Positions 27,104 to 36,685 of a stretch of DNA of 64,000 nucleotides are shown piece by piece. Within the stretch, counting starts at the first letter, position 1. Each line of letters starts with the position of its first letter. The notes beneath the pieces were generated by a model. That model had not been told where the DNA came from and made no database searches. It saw only the letters and a program-made list of their open reading frames with translations. The stretch is from sequence record MT028491.1. One strand, 5' to 3'. The translations under genes and the position numbers were made by a program.

Positions 27104-28222
27104 TTAATGTTGTAGGTGTTTTAGAACTTTATCGACACTTGAAGAACGCTTTGGCTTCTTAACCTCTACTTCTTCTGTAACTACTTCTGTGTCGTCTACT
27201 TCTACACTATTAACAATAACTTCCTCTTTTGCTTCTGCAAAATAGGCTTCTTTGATGTCGTCTAGACGTGACTTAAAGTCTTGTGAGCTAGAGAATACAA
27301 CACCTTCGGCAAGGCTAAAGAACTTGGCCTTGTCGGTTTCGCTAAGATCGGCGGAATAACCTTCAACAATACGCTTGCGGCGTTCGCTGATTACAGCATT
27401 CTTAAGCTTGACATTAGCATCAACCTGTTCGTTAAGACGGCTATTAAGTGAGTCGTTTTCTTCCGAAAGGGATTTAACAACATCAACCTGTAGGTTATCC
27501 GTATTAACATAATGAGCTTCGAATAGGGTCTTAAGACCAGAAATGAAGGATTCAGAAAGCTTAAGCTGTAGCTTGCTTTCAACGGCTTCGCGGTTTGCGT
27601 CTAGCCAATCTTCAACAACTAGATTAAGATATTCGTCAACCTTAGTTGAAAGAGCTTCGGTAAGTTCTGCTTTTGCAGCTTCAAACTTACGTGAAGATTC
27701 GGTATTAACCTTTTCAACGTATAGGGCGATTGTTTCATTAACCTTGGCTGTAACAGCGGCTTCAAAAATGCCGGTTGCCTTGGTCTTGAATTCTTCTGAT
27801 AGAGATTCTTGTTCGCCGCCGAAGATCGCTTCAATGTCTTCTGAAAGATCAAGTTCGCCAGCCGCAACGTTAAGCTTGACTTCTAGAGATTCATCAACCT
27901 CATCGTCTTCATCTTCGTCGTCGTCCGAATCATCATCTTCATCATCTGAATCGTCGTCTTCGTCTTTTTCGTCCTTGTCGTCTTCCTTGCCTTCTGCAAC
28001 GGTTTCGACTGTTTCAGTTTCGGCAGTAGCTTCTTCTTCAACAGTTTCAGTAGTTTCCGTTTCTTCGGCTACAGCTTCAACTTCGGCAGTTTCTTCAACA
28101 ACGGCTTCGGCTTCGGTTTCCTCAAGAATGCTATCAAGTTCAACTGCCAAGCTACCATCAATGTCTTCAACAATTGGAGCGTCGGCAGGAATTTCTAGTT
28201 CTTCTAGATTTTCCTTAGTCAT
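27104..28222 (-). CDS. gp22: Prohead core scaffolding protein
   Basis: Very acidic; LSEEFKTKATGIFEAAV, YLNLVVEDW, ESFISGLKTLFEAHY; between gp21 and gp23. Confidence 0.9.
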   Translation of the reverse strand: MTKENLEELEIPADAPIVEDIDGSLAVELDSILEETEAEAVVEETAEVEAVAEETETTETVEEEATAETETVETVAEGKEDDKDEKDEDDDSDDEDDDSDDDEDEDDEVDESLEVKLNVAAGELDLSEDIEAIFGGEQESLSEEFKTKATGIFEAAVTAKVNETIALYVEKVNTESSRKFEAAKAELTEALSTKVDEYLNLVVEDWLDANREAVESKLQLKLSESFISGLKTLFEAHYVNTDNLQVDVVKSLSEENDSLNSRLNEQVDANVKLKNAVISERRKRIVEGYSADLSETDKAKFFSLAEGVVFSSSQDFKSRLDDIKEAYFAEAKEEVIVNSVEVDDTEVVTEEVEVKKPKRSSSVDKVLKHLQH

Positions 28223-28258
28223 CTATAGTTCCTTTTATGATGTAAACTAACATACTAT

Positions 28259-28266
28259 TATTTATG
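28259..28266 (-). promoter_or_regulatory. Late promoter variant for gp22
   Basis: CATAAATA overlapping the gp21 stop codon. Confidence 0.55.
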
Positions 28267-28924
28267 ATTTCTGGCCTATGTTTTTAACAAATGCTTCAAA
28301 TAGCTCAAGTTTCTTGGCTTCTTTGACTTCTTTGCTAATAGTTGGCTTTGAAATATCATTCATTTCTTTCTTAGATTCTTCAATGTATTTAGGAACCCAA
28401 GTACCGTCAAATTTCTGAATCCACTCTGTTGACTCCATAATATTATCAACAAAACAGGTATAACCTGATGGATCAGCAACGATATCGGCGGCAGTTGTGA
28501 TTAGAAATGATTCAACCAATTTACCGTGTTTGGTGTCTTTGGTCTTGCCAAGGCCACGGCTGGAAACGCCTAAAACGCAACCTTCATCCATGAAAGCCTT
28601 AACGATTTTGCCCATATCGGTATTTAGAACTTTTGCTCTACCAATATAGTCGGCACCTTCTTTTCTTAGATCAACAATTAGGTGCGAAGCACGTTCAAGG
28701 TTGACGGTTGGATTAGAAGGATGATCTAGTTCCCCAAATGCACGTTTCTTAGAAACATAATCGGCAATGTAAGTTGATGCTGATTGCTCTAGAACATGTT
28801 CTGGATAGATACGACCATTTCTATTTTTGCGATTTCCCATGAGGAAAACACCTTCAATGAAATAGCCCTTTTCTCTATCCAATTGGAAATTTACGTCTTC
28901 AATAACTTCACACAAAAGTTTCAT
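28262..28924 (-). CDS. gp21: Prohead protease
   Basis: IEGVFLMGNRKNRNGRIY, AFGELDHP, GVSSRGLG, ADIVADPS. Confidence 0.95.
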   Translation of the reverse strand: MKLLCEVIEDVNFQLDREKGYFIEGVFLMGNRKNRNGRIYPEHVLEQSASTYIADYVSKKRAFGELDHPSNPTVNLERASHLIVDLRKEGADYIGRAKVLNTDMGKIVKAFMDEGCVLGVSSRGLGKTKDTKHGKLVESFLITTAADIVADPSGYTCFVDNIMESTEWIQKFDGTWVPKYIEESKKEMNDISKPTISKEVKEAKKLELFEAFVKNIGQKS

Positions 28925-28948
28925 GATATGATTCCTTTCGTGTAATAA

Positions 28949-29275
28949 TTAACCAACTGTGTTAGGGTCTTTTTCGCCAGCAATAGCGGCACGAACATCA
29001 GCGGCGATATCTTCAATATCAACGTCTATTTCAATTTCTTCTTCGTCGTCATCTTCTCCATCTAGATCAAGATCACGAGTCATATCTGCAACCATTAAAG
29101 CATGACCGATAGTTTCAACGGATTCGCCAAGGTTCTTTACGGAATGAGCAATATATTCTCTTTCAACAACCTTGGCTTTGCGTTCTGCTAGGTCTTCCTT
29201 AATGGCTTCAACGAACTTGGCTGATTCACCATTCAATAGTGAACCAATCGCGTTCTTTAGTTTTTCTGTAGCCAT
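28949..29275 (-). CDS. Prohead core protein (gp67/gp68-like)
   Basis: Acidic 108-aa protein between portal and protease; synteny only. Confidence 0.6.
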   Translation of the reverse strand: MATEKLKNAIGSLLNGESAKFVEAIKEDLAERKAKVVEREYIAHSVKNLGESVETIGHALMVADMTRDLDLDGEDDDEEEIEIDVDIEDIAADVRAAIAGEKDPNTVG

Positions 29276-29298
29276 AGGTTTGGACTCCTTTACAGTAA

Positions 29299-29306
29299 TA
29301 TTTATA
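29299..29306 (-). promoter_or_regulatory. Late promoter upstream of the prohead core gene
   Basis: TATAAATA on the minus strand. Confidence 0.75.
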
Positions 29307-29310
29307 ATTT

Positions 29311-31065
29311 TTATGAATTAAAAAATTTGTTGTTATAGTCATCAATAGACTTGATGAAGGTTAGAATATCTGATTCAGACTGTACATCTTGTAGATTTCT
29401 ACTGTCTTCTTTAGACTTTTTCTTTTCTTTAGCCGCTTTATCGACTATATCAAGATCGTCTTCATCTTCATCATCTTGAGACTTCTTACCGAAAGGTTGT
29501 TTCTTAGGAGCCTGACTATTGAAAGGATTGTCTGGATCAATGCCCATATCATCCAAATTGTCGCCACCGGCTTCTTTTTCTTCTTCCATTTCTTTCTTCA
29601 TCTGTTCCCATTCATCTTCATTTAGATGAAGAACATTCTTGGCAACCCAATTTTCAGAAACAAATCTATGAATATAAGGATCGATAAGCTGTAGTTGTTG
29701 GAAACGATTTCCGATAATTTCGGCTTCTTTTAACTCTGTGAAAAAGTTATCTTCGTTGTAGTCGTAATTGACTGCCTCTTTTAACTCTTTCCATTCTTCG
29801 AACTTGACAATTCCCTTAAGAACAAGTTGTGTTCCAAGAATATCATCAAAAAGCATGTTGAAACGCTTGCGAAGACGGTTAATAAACTTAGAGAATTTCA
29901 CTTCGTCGCGGGTGATTTCAGAAGCACGTCCAAGGTTGAAACCATTGCCAGTTTCAAGACGTGTTGAAGGTACTTCTAGAGCCTCATAAAGTTTGCCCTT
30001 GAAGTATGTAACGTCTTCGATTTCACCTAAGTTTTGTCCACCGGCAAGCTGATCAACAGTAGTTCCTTTGCCATCACGCTTAGGAAACCAATAGTCTTCC
30101 ATGATCGATGAAAAACGTCTGTCATCAGCAACTTCACCAGTTGATGCATCGTAATAAGTGCGCTTCTTAAGCGAGCGAATTAGATTTTGAACGTATTCTT
30201 CGGCCTTGGCCTTTGGTAGATCACCAACTTCAATGTTGAATACGCGGCGTTCTGGTGCACGTGCAACACGATAAATGACAAGAGAATCTTCAACCCAACG
30301 TAGCTGATTATAAATTTTAATAGCTTTGTGAAGGTTTGAAAGAACGTGTTTATTTGATTGATCCAAGATACCAGAATGCACATAACAAATGGTATCAATT
30401 GTGATCTTGATACCATCCATCTTATTGGTTTCTGAAATACCATTTGGATTATACAAAAAGAATTCGTCATAATCAGAGTTTGCAATCAAATCCTGATTAT
30501 AAACGTAACCTCTATAGTGATTGTTTTTAGCGGATGACGACTTGAGCCTTTTTTCACGAACCTTACGAATGCGTCTAGGATCGATATAACGTAGCTCTGT
30601 AATGCCCTTCTTAGGAGCGGATTCGTCAATAATCTTGTGGTAGTAAAGTCTACCATCAACATAAAAACGCTTGAAAATTTCATACGAATCATGGCGGAAG
30701 TTTAGGAGCTTCATCACCGTATCGAATTCGTCTCGAATCTTGTTTTTCAGACCTTCCGGCGCTTCCATTTCGTCAAGGTTCAACGAAATTGGTAATGCAT
30801 CATCGTCATAAACAATAGCTTCGTTTACGATGTCATCAATTGCGCGACCGACTTCCGGTTGTCTGGATAGATTTCTGTATTTTGTAATTAGAGCGGTTTC
30901 ATCTGTAATGGTCGTTCCTTCCAAATCGGAAGTAAACCCAAGGAAACCGTAGTCGTTAACTGTTCTTTCTAAAGCGCCATCTAGGCTTGCTGGTGGAGTA
31001 AAGGATTCGTTATCCTTATTGCTCTTGTCCTTTGCCTTAGTAAGTGAGTAACCGAAAAATTGCAT
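29311..31065 (-). CDS. gp20: Portal vertex protein
   Basis: FYVDGRLYYH, LRYIDPRRI, EDSLVIYRVARAPERRVFNIEVG, ITRDEVKFSKFINRLR. Confidence 0.97.
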   Translation of the reverse strand: MQFFGYSLTKAKDKSNKDNESFTPPASLDGALERTVNDYGFLGFTSDLEGTTITDETALITKYRNLSRQPEVGRAIDDIVNEAIVYDDDALPISLNLDEMEAPEGLKNKIRDEFDTVMKLLNFRHDSYEIFKRFYVDGRLYYHKIIDESAPKKGITELRYIDPRRIRKVREKRLKSSSAKNNHYRGYVYNQDLIANSDYDEFFLYNPNGISETNKMDGIKITIDTICYVHSGILDQSNKHVLSNLHKAIKIYNQLRWVEDSLVIYRVARAPERRVFNIEVGDLPKAKAEEYVQNLIRSLKKRTYYDASTGEVADDRRFSSIMEDYWFPKRDGKGTTVDQLAGGQNLGEIEDVTYFKGKLYEALEVPSTRLETGNGFNLGRASEITRDEVKFSKFINRLRKRFNMLFDDILGTQLVLKGIVKFEEWKELKEAVNYDYNEDNFFTELKEAEIIGNRFQQLQLIDPYIHRFVSENWVAKNVLHLNEDEWEQMKKEMEEEKEAGGDNLDDMGIDPDNPFNSQAPKKQPFGKKSQDDEDEDDLDIVDKAAKEKKKSKEDSRNLQDVQSESDILTFIKSIDDYNNKFFNS

Positions 31066-31142
31066 ATTATGAAAACCTTATAGTATAGGACTGTTCTAGT
31101 TTTATTTATGTGTCTAAAACAGTCCTAATACTTAATGGTCAA

Positions 31143-31682
31143 TTAGACTGTCGTTTCACCAACGCCTTCGACTTCAACCCAATAGTCTACAGCAAATGTA
31201 ACTTGGAATTCTTGAACAGCTTCATTATCCCAAGATAGTTCGATTGCAGAAATATTAGTTGGATAGATACCAACAACTTCAAAAACCTTGACAATCTTAC
31301 CTGTCTGTGACTTTTGGTACACAAGAGCGGTAGATTTATATTCAAGGATAGAAGATGTGGCAGTACCACGAACGTTTTCTACTGGTTGATTGATTGCGTT
31401 AGCCCATGCCATCAATCCGTCATGAATACGGAAGTCTTCATTGTTGAAAAATGTAACTGTCCAGTCTTCATAGGTTGAGTTGCCAGCAACCTTGATCGGA
31501 CGACCGAAATAAGAAACATCAATGTTATTGATTGTACGTCCCGGCAATTGAGCCGCTTTACAACGTAGTGGGGTTTCAGCATCGGAAGTTGGATCAATAG
31601 GATTAGTGATGTAGACTTCAAATTGACTTGTTCTTGCGCCACCATCCTTAAAAGAGGCTTTGAATGTATCAATATTAGCCAT
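31143..31682 (-). CDS. gp19: Tail tube protein
   Basis: GGARTSQFEV, CKAAQLPG, GRPIKVAGN, YPTNISAIELSWD. Confidence 0.95.
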   Translation of the reverse strand: MANIDTFKASFKDGGARTSQFEVYITNPIDPTSDAETPLRCKAAQLPGRTINNIDVSYFGRPIKVAGNSTYEDWTVTFFNNEDFRIHDGLMAWANAINQPVENVRGTATSSILEYKSTALVYQKSQTGKIVKVFEVVGIYPTNISAIELSWDNEAVQEFQVTFAVDYWVEVEGVGETTV

Positions 31683-31719
31683 TTGGTGTAATTTCTCCTA
31701 TAAGAATATCTTTCAAATA

Positions 31720-31727
31720 TATTTATA
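31720..31727 (-). promoter_or_regulatory. Late promoter for gp19
   Basis: TATAAATA just downstream of the gp18 terminator hairpin. Confidence 0.75.
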
Positions 31728-31765
31728 GGCGGGAAACCTAATCAAAGATTTCCCGCGTATAATTC

Positions 31766-33682
31766 TTAGAACTTGCCAATGACTGTGTTGAAATCGACAC
31801 CGGTTCTAGTTGCGATGAAGTTTAGGGTAATGAATTCGGCTGTTCTTGATGGTTTAATGTAGATATCAGCGATAAATTCATTTCCATCAATGACTTCTGG
31901 TGTGTTGTTTGTTTCAGAACATTCAACGTGGAAGTCATAAACACCACGACGACCCTTAACGTCTCTTAGGTAAGGTGTGACCATGTTACGGAAGCTTGCG
32001 CGTGTGAATTCATCGTTGAATTCGAAGAGCGAATAACGAGCCGCCTTAGAAATGGCCTTTTCAAGCACAATAAAGAGACGACGAACGTTAATGCGGTCAA
32101 ATGCGCTAGGCTTTGTCTGCATTGTCTTGTTGCCCATAAGAACAGTGCCTTCGCCTTGTTCTGAAACAACAGGATTGATACCGTTCTTATATAGAAGATC
32201 GCGTACAGACTGTTCCGAAGGATTCCAAGAAAGCTTGATAACATTCTTGTACTGGCCACGGTTGTAACCGGCAGCGGCGTACCAAGGGTCTTTTTCATAA
32301 TCCGAACGGGCATGAAGACCGGCAGTATCACCGTTTAGAGGAACATAACGATAAACGTCATTGTATCGATCATACTGATACTTCCATGCAGAATCGATAG
32401 CAGCATAGCTTGAAGAAACTAGAGAGTTTCGGTAAGCAACAACTGAATCGGCTTCACTACCTGTGTTATTGACAACGTATTGACGTGGTGGCGAAATGAA
32501 CGCAACAACATCCTTACGGTATTCAGCAACAGAATTGATTAGATATAGTGCCGTTGTTTGGGTAGAAGCGCCACCAATCAAGAATGAAATGTCAACAGAA
32601 TTTTTGTCTCTGAATAGAGCATAACCGTTGATGTATTCGTTGTTATCTGGCTTTTGACCATCCTTACCACCAGAAAGAACAAAGTTCTTAGGGGTGTTAT
32701 TACCAACGAAAGTTACATTCTTTGCAGCTTTACCAGCTTCGGTTAGATTGTCATCATGACCAGCCCAACGAACGTACTTAGAACCAAGATTTACAGCTTG
32801 TACATAGTAATTTGCGGAACCATCAGATAGAGTAGCATCCTTAGCCTGTGATAGACCTTGGAAACGTTCTAGAACCGAACCCTTAACACCTGTCCAGTCA
32901 CCGAAAGCATCGACAACAACAATGTGTAATTCATCATTTTCACCGTCTTTATCTTCCACATAGTCAGAAGTACCCGGTGCAAAGGCGAATTCATTGAAGT
33001 ATTCCCAACGACGAGTTGCAACAGCATCGGTAGCACCAAGGATATGGCGTGTAGCGAGTGTTAGAGAGTTGTTGTTAGCAATAGCTGCAACCTTGTGCAC
33101 TTCGTTATTCAGAACAAGCCAATCACCTACTGTTAGTTCTGTGGTAAATGCAGAATCGTCACCTGTAACAGTGTTATTAGCAGATGCAACGGTTAGAGTA
33201 CCGGTAACAGAAGATTGGAAAGCGCTTGCAGACGAACATACGGAAACCTTAAGAGAGTTACCTAGATCACCAGCAAACTTAGCGATCCAGTCACCAGCAT
33301 TATGCGTGGTTTTTAGTTCGCCGTTTGTATAATTGTTATTGTAAACTTCGTTGTTCTTGACAAGGAAGCCGTTACCAGAAGCGGTAGCATTTGTTGCGCG
33401 CAACGATGTGTTAGCATTGGTTGAGTCAACAACACGAACGGTATAGAGTGCATTGGTATAACCAAGGAAGTTTGCAGCACTAAACCAATCTTCGTAGTTA
33501 GTATCATTAGGCTTATGAAACTTGGCTACAAGATCGTTTTCGTTCGTTACGAGAGTCAATTCCTCAACAGCGCCCCATGCGAAAGCACCGGCAAAGCCAC
33601 CTTCGGTTGTAGCAACAGAAGGTACAATTGTCGTCAAGTCATGTTCTTTGACTTGAACGCCAGCGGAAAGCATATCAGCCAT
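31766..33682 (-). CDS. gp18: Tail sheath protein
   Basis: SAGVQVKEHDLT, WYAAAGYNRG, FDRINVRRLF, YIKPSRTAEFITLNF. Confidence 0.97.
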   Translation of the reverse strand: MADMLSAGVQVKEHDLTTIVPSVATTEGGFAGAFAWGAVEELTLVTNENDLVAKFHKPNDTNYEDWFSAANFLGYTNALYTVRVVDSTNANTSLRATNATASGNGFLVKNNEVYNNNYTNGELKTTHNAGDWIAKFAGDLGNSLKVSVCSSASAFQSSVTGTLTVASANNTVTGDDSAFTTELTVGDWLVLNNEVHKVAAIANNNSLTLATRHILGATDAVATRRWEYFNEFAFAPGTSDYVEDKDGENDELHIVVVDAFGDWTGVKGSVLERFQGLSQAKDATLSDGSANYYVQAVNLGSKYVRWAGHDDNLTEAGKAAKNVTFVGNNTPKNFVLSGGKDGQKPDNNEYINGYALFRDKNSVDISFLIGGASTQTTALYLINSVAEYRKDVVAFISPPRQYVVNNTGSEADSVVAYRNSLVSSSYAAIDSAWKYQYDRYNDVYRYVPLNGDTAGLHARSDYEKDPWYAAAGYNRGQYKNVIKLSWNPSEQSVRDLLYKNGINPVVSEQGEGTVLMGNKTMQTKPSAFDRINVRRLFIVLEKAISKAARYSLFEFNDEFTRASFRNMVTPYLRDVKGRRGVYDFHVECSETNNTPEVIDGNEFIADIYIKPSRTAEFITLNFIATRTGVDFNTVIGKF

Positions 33683-33730
33683 TTGTTAGTTTTTCCTTCT
33701 AAAATAAATTTAGTATAAAGTTACCTACTG

Positions 33731-34234
33731 TTATTTATCATTTTCCCGATTTTTTTGGTGTTGCTCTTTCAATGCTTGAATTTCTGGAATATTTTCTGCA
33801 ATAGCTTCAAGTTCTTTTGTAGTACCAGCATAGATATTCACCTGATTATTAGTCTGTGAATAATTATTAACTTCCTTATTATCGGTAGGTTTTTCTTTCG
33901 AAATTTTAATATTATTATGCTTAAACTTTTGTCTTTTCTCATGCATTTCCAACATGAGCTTTGCAGTTTGGTTCATCGTTCTTAGAAGATTGGTAACACT
34001 GTCAAAGGCTTTTGGGCTTTCGTCTTGTTTTGCAATCTCAACAATATGTTCCAAGGAATTGCGAGCGGTATCCAAAGTCTCTTCTAGAATTTCTAGGGAC
34101 TTATCAAAATCAGTTTCAAATTCGACTTCATCACCAGCATCTATTGGTTTATCTTCTTCAATAAGTGCTGGTAATTCATTATCATCGGGAATTAATAGTT
34201 CCCCAATGCCAAGCTTTTCATCAATTTGTTTCAA
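33731..34234 (-). CDS. gp16: Terminase small subunit
   Basis: DFDKSLEILEETL..IAKQDESPKAFDSVTNLL..QTNNQVNIYAGTTKEL; follows gp15. Confidence 0.8.
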   Translation of the reverse strand: MKQIDEKLGIGELLIPDDNELPALIEEDKPIDAGDEVEFETDFDKSLEILEETLDTARNSLEHIVEIAKQDESPKAFDSVTNLLRTMNQTAKLMLEMHEKRQKFKHNNIKISKEKPTDNKEVNNYSQTNNQVNIYAGTTKELEAIAENIPEIQALKEQHQKNRENDK

Positions 34235-35018
34235 GGAAAAAATCCTCTATATTTTCAATATAGCCGTAATCGTCTTCCGGCTTAATCAGTCTATAATCAA
34301 TAGATTCATCAGAGTTTGAGGTTGGTTTACCATCAGCCGTTAGGCCCGGAGTCGTGGTAACTCTAGTCATGGTCTTATTGGTTTCTTCGGCAATCAATGA
34401 AACGATTGACTTTTTAATTAGACCTTGATTGGTTTTTGCTCCAAACAACCAAATTGCCATATCAAAATTGAGAGTCCAAACGACAACCTGTCTCATTTCT
34501 TCATAGGCATGTTCTTTAGAGACAGATGTTAAGGCAATTGTAATATCAAAGGGTTTCAATCCCTTGATAATATTGGCAGTGGATGTTAGGGATGGTGTGA
34601 AGAACGGCAAAATCTGTTCGATTATCATTGCGCCATCTTCGACATTTTTTGTAATAATTGATAGTTCCATCGTCATACGGTATGGAACTGGTACGAACAT
34701 CTTGTTTAGTGATCGTTCTAATTGGGGATCATTATCGGCTACAATATGGACTGGATTGGTTTGTCTTTCTGGATCATGAACGATATTCGCGTCATAGAAA
34801 GACATCATAGGAAGCTTGAGGCTAACTCTTTCACCTTCTGGTGGAGTTAATGCGTCAACAACATACTTTGATTTAGGTCCATATCTAACCGGAACTGGAA
34901 TATTTTGAGCAATTTTACCATCACGATCAAAACGTCTAACAGTGATATCATTGAAAATATTACCAAACATTATGATATAATTGCGTGTAAGACTATGATA
35001 AAAATCGTGTCCTAGCAT
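34221..35018 (-). CDS. gp15: Tail sheath stabiliser/completion protein
   Basis: FYHSLTRNYIIMFGNIFNDI, VPVRYGPKSK, LPMMSF, IIEQILPFFTP. Confidence 0.93.
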   Translation of the reverse strand: MLGHDFYHSLTRNYIIMFGNIFNDITVRRFDRDGKIAQNIPVPVRYGPKSKYVVDALTPPEGERVSLKLPMMSFYDANIVHDPERQTNPVHIVADNDPQLERSLNKMFVPVPYRMTMELSIITKNVEDGAMIIEQILPFFTPSLTSTANIIKGLKPFDITIALTSVSKEHAYEEMRQVVVWTLNFDMAIWLFGAKTNQGLIKKSIVSLIAEETNKTMTRVTTTPGLTADGKPTSNSDESIDYRLIKPEDDYGYIENIEDFFLETN

Positions 35019-35863
35019 TATTTCTTTTTCCTTCCACTAAATGGTGACTTTTCAGACCAATCGATTAGTGTTTCGGATTCGTCATCAAAAATACGATTTT
35101 GAGCGGCGTTATTGCTATCTTCCAACTGATATTCTTCATTGGTTAGCTCGCCAAATTCTTCTTCTCCCAAACCTTCATTCTCAATAGCAGCACCAAGTTC
35201 TGTAATGAGACGATCAAACTTAGTATCAGACGAATATTCGCGCATGATAGAATCGATAGTGTCATCACCGGTTTCCATTTCTTCATGTGAATAGTCAAAA
35301 ACTTCACATTCAAGATCGTAAACTTGTAGTTCACCCAACTGGTAAAAGATGGTTTCGTAATTGACGTTCTTGATTTCAAAAAGCTTATCAACCTGTCCGA
35401 AATAGACTAGATCGCCAGCACGCGGGCGCGGGGCCGGTAGCGTGTAGCCATCGGCAGAACCTTCCTCAAGATCGTAATGGTTTGAATAACCAGAACGCAT
35501 AGCGGACTCTTCCATATGGAGAATTGCGCCATCTTCTGTTAAAAGGGATTCAGTCATTGCTTGTTCATAGCGAAGCTTTGACACTGTGAATGTTATCTGG
35601 TCGCGAACTTCAATTCCCCATTTGGAAAGGAATTTACCTTGACCGGCAAAACCATCAACATTCTTAATATACATTTCGATTGTACTAGAGGCTTCAAATC
35701 TCGACAAACGATCTTCACCGAAAATCTTGTCCTCTTGGATAATTGTTCTTGGAACATATTTGATATCGTAGCCATAAATCTTAATCGCTTCTATGATTAG
35801 ATCGGTTACTAGTTTCTGTGTCCCTGTATAATCGAAGTGTCGGAAATATGGACTTGTAGACAT
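35018..35863 (-). CDS. gp14: Neck protein
   Basis: ATG 35863 after AGGA; IKIYGYDIKYVPR, FGEDRLSRF, YQLGELQVYDLECE. Confidence 0.93.
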   Translation of the reverse strand: MSTSPYFRHFDYTGTQKLVTDLIIEAIKIYGYDIKYVPRTIIQEDKIFGEDRLSRFEASSTIEMYIKNVDGFAGQGKFLSKWGIEVRDQITFTVSKLRYEQAMTESLLTEDGAILHMEESAMRSGYSNHYDLEEGSADGYTLPAPRPRAGDLVYFGQVDKLFEIKNVNYETIFYQLGELQVYDLECEVFDYSHEEMETGDDTIDSIMREYSSDTKFDRLITELGAAIENEGLGEEEFGELTNEEYQLEDSNNAAQNRIFDDESETLIDWSEKSPFSGRKKK

Positions 35864-35920
35864 TGCTATTCCTAAAGATAAAATATACAAATTTATTTAT
35901 GATAAAGGTAAGAATAGGTA

Positions 35921-35957
35921 TTGACGTTCTTTTTTAGATATGCGATAAACAATCATC
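35921..35957 (+). promoter_or_regulatory. Sigma70-type promoter of the inverted island
   Basis: TTGACG-17 nt-GATAAA followed by AATCATC. Confidence 0.6.
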
Positions 35958-35975
35958 GAAGGATCAAACCAACTA

Positions 35976-36182
35976 ATGGTTGATGAAAATGGAGAGATTG
36001 AAATGACTGTATCTAAGAAAGTTGTTCATGAGAAAGCAAAAGGAAGCAAGCTTGTTCGCATGATTTCATATGAGAATATCATGCATAGCGTCATAGTTTT
36101 TGATGATTTCGAAATTATTGATGCTGTTGATTTTCTCTATTATGTTGACGCTTTTGAATTCTTTGATAACTATGAAATATAA
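35976..36182 (+). CDS. Hypothetical acidic/aromatic protein
   Basis: 68-aa ORF downstream of the island promoter. Confidence 0.55.
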   Translation: MVDENGEIEMTVSKKVVHEKAKGSKLVRMISYENIMHSVIVFDDFEIIDAVDFLYYVDAFEFFDNYEI

Positions 36183-36188
36183 GGAGAT

Positions 36189-36470
36189 ATGGAAATGGAA
36201 AAGTTCGTATTTCACATCACCGAAAGGCAATTCAATGGCTTGGTTAAGCTTGCTGTTCTTTTACCAGAACAACGCGGTAGGGAAATTGAATTGAAGGCCG
36301 GAACCCATCTTGAAATGTGGATGACTTCCAAGGAAGTTCACGATCTTATGATTGCTGTTGATAGCTTCGGTCCAAATCAGAAAGTATTCGATCAAGGTGA
36401 TATTGCAGAACTTTATCTCAATATCTGCTATGCTTGGCAACAGTATGAAACCTCAAGAGGACTCGATTGA
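36189..36470 (+). CDS. Hypothetical protein
   Basis: 93-aa ORF with AAGGAG SD. Confidence 0.7.
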   Translation: MEMEKFVFHITERQFNGLVKLAVLLPEQRGREIELKAGTHLEMWMTSKEVHDLMIAVDSFGPNQKVFDQGDIAELYLNICYAWQQYETSRGLD

Positions 36471-36471
36471 T

Positions 36472-36636
36472 ATGTCATGGGAAATGTCCATTTTCTGGTT
36501 ATTGGTTGCCAGTGTTTACTTATATGTCATGTCCATTTGTATTAAATACGATATTGTACCACCAGCATGGGGAATCATGGGTTTACCAATATCGATAGCA
36601 TTTGTTGCTGGAATGTTTGAATTTTTTGTTTGGTAA
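36472..36636 (+). CDS. 54-aa two-helix membrane protein
   Basis: GAGG SD; MSWEMSIFWLLVASVYLYVMSICIKYDIVPPAWGIMGLPISIAFVAGMFEFFVW. Confidence 0.6.
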   Translation: MSWEMSIFWLLVASVYLYVMSICIKYDIVPPAWGIMGLPISIAFVAGMFEFFVW

Positions 36637-36637
36637 T

Positions 36638-36664
36638 AAAAAAGGGCCAATGAAGGCCCTTTAA
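36638..36664. terminator. Bidirectional terminator between the island and gp13
   Basis: AAAGGGCC-AATGAA-GGCCCTTT between convergent genes. Confidence 0.8.
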
Positions 36665-36685
36665 TTTTGTCTTAAAACGAGTGTC

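Noticed and set aside
27543-28250. 235-aa Ser-rich plus-strand ORF
   Set aside because: Antisense mirror of the Asp/Glu codons in gp22.
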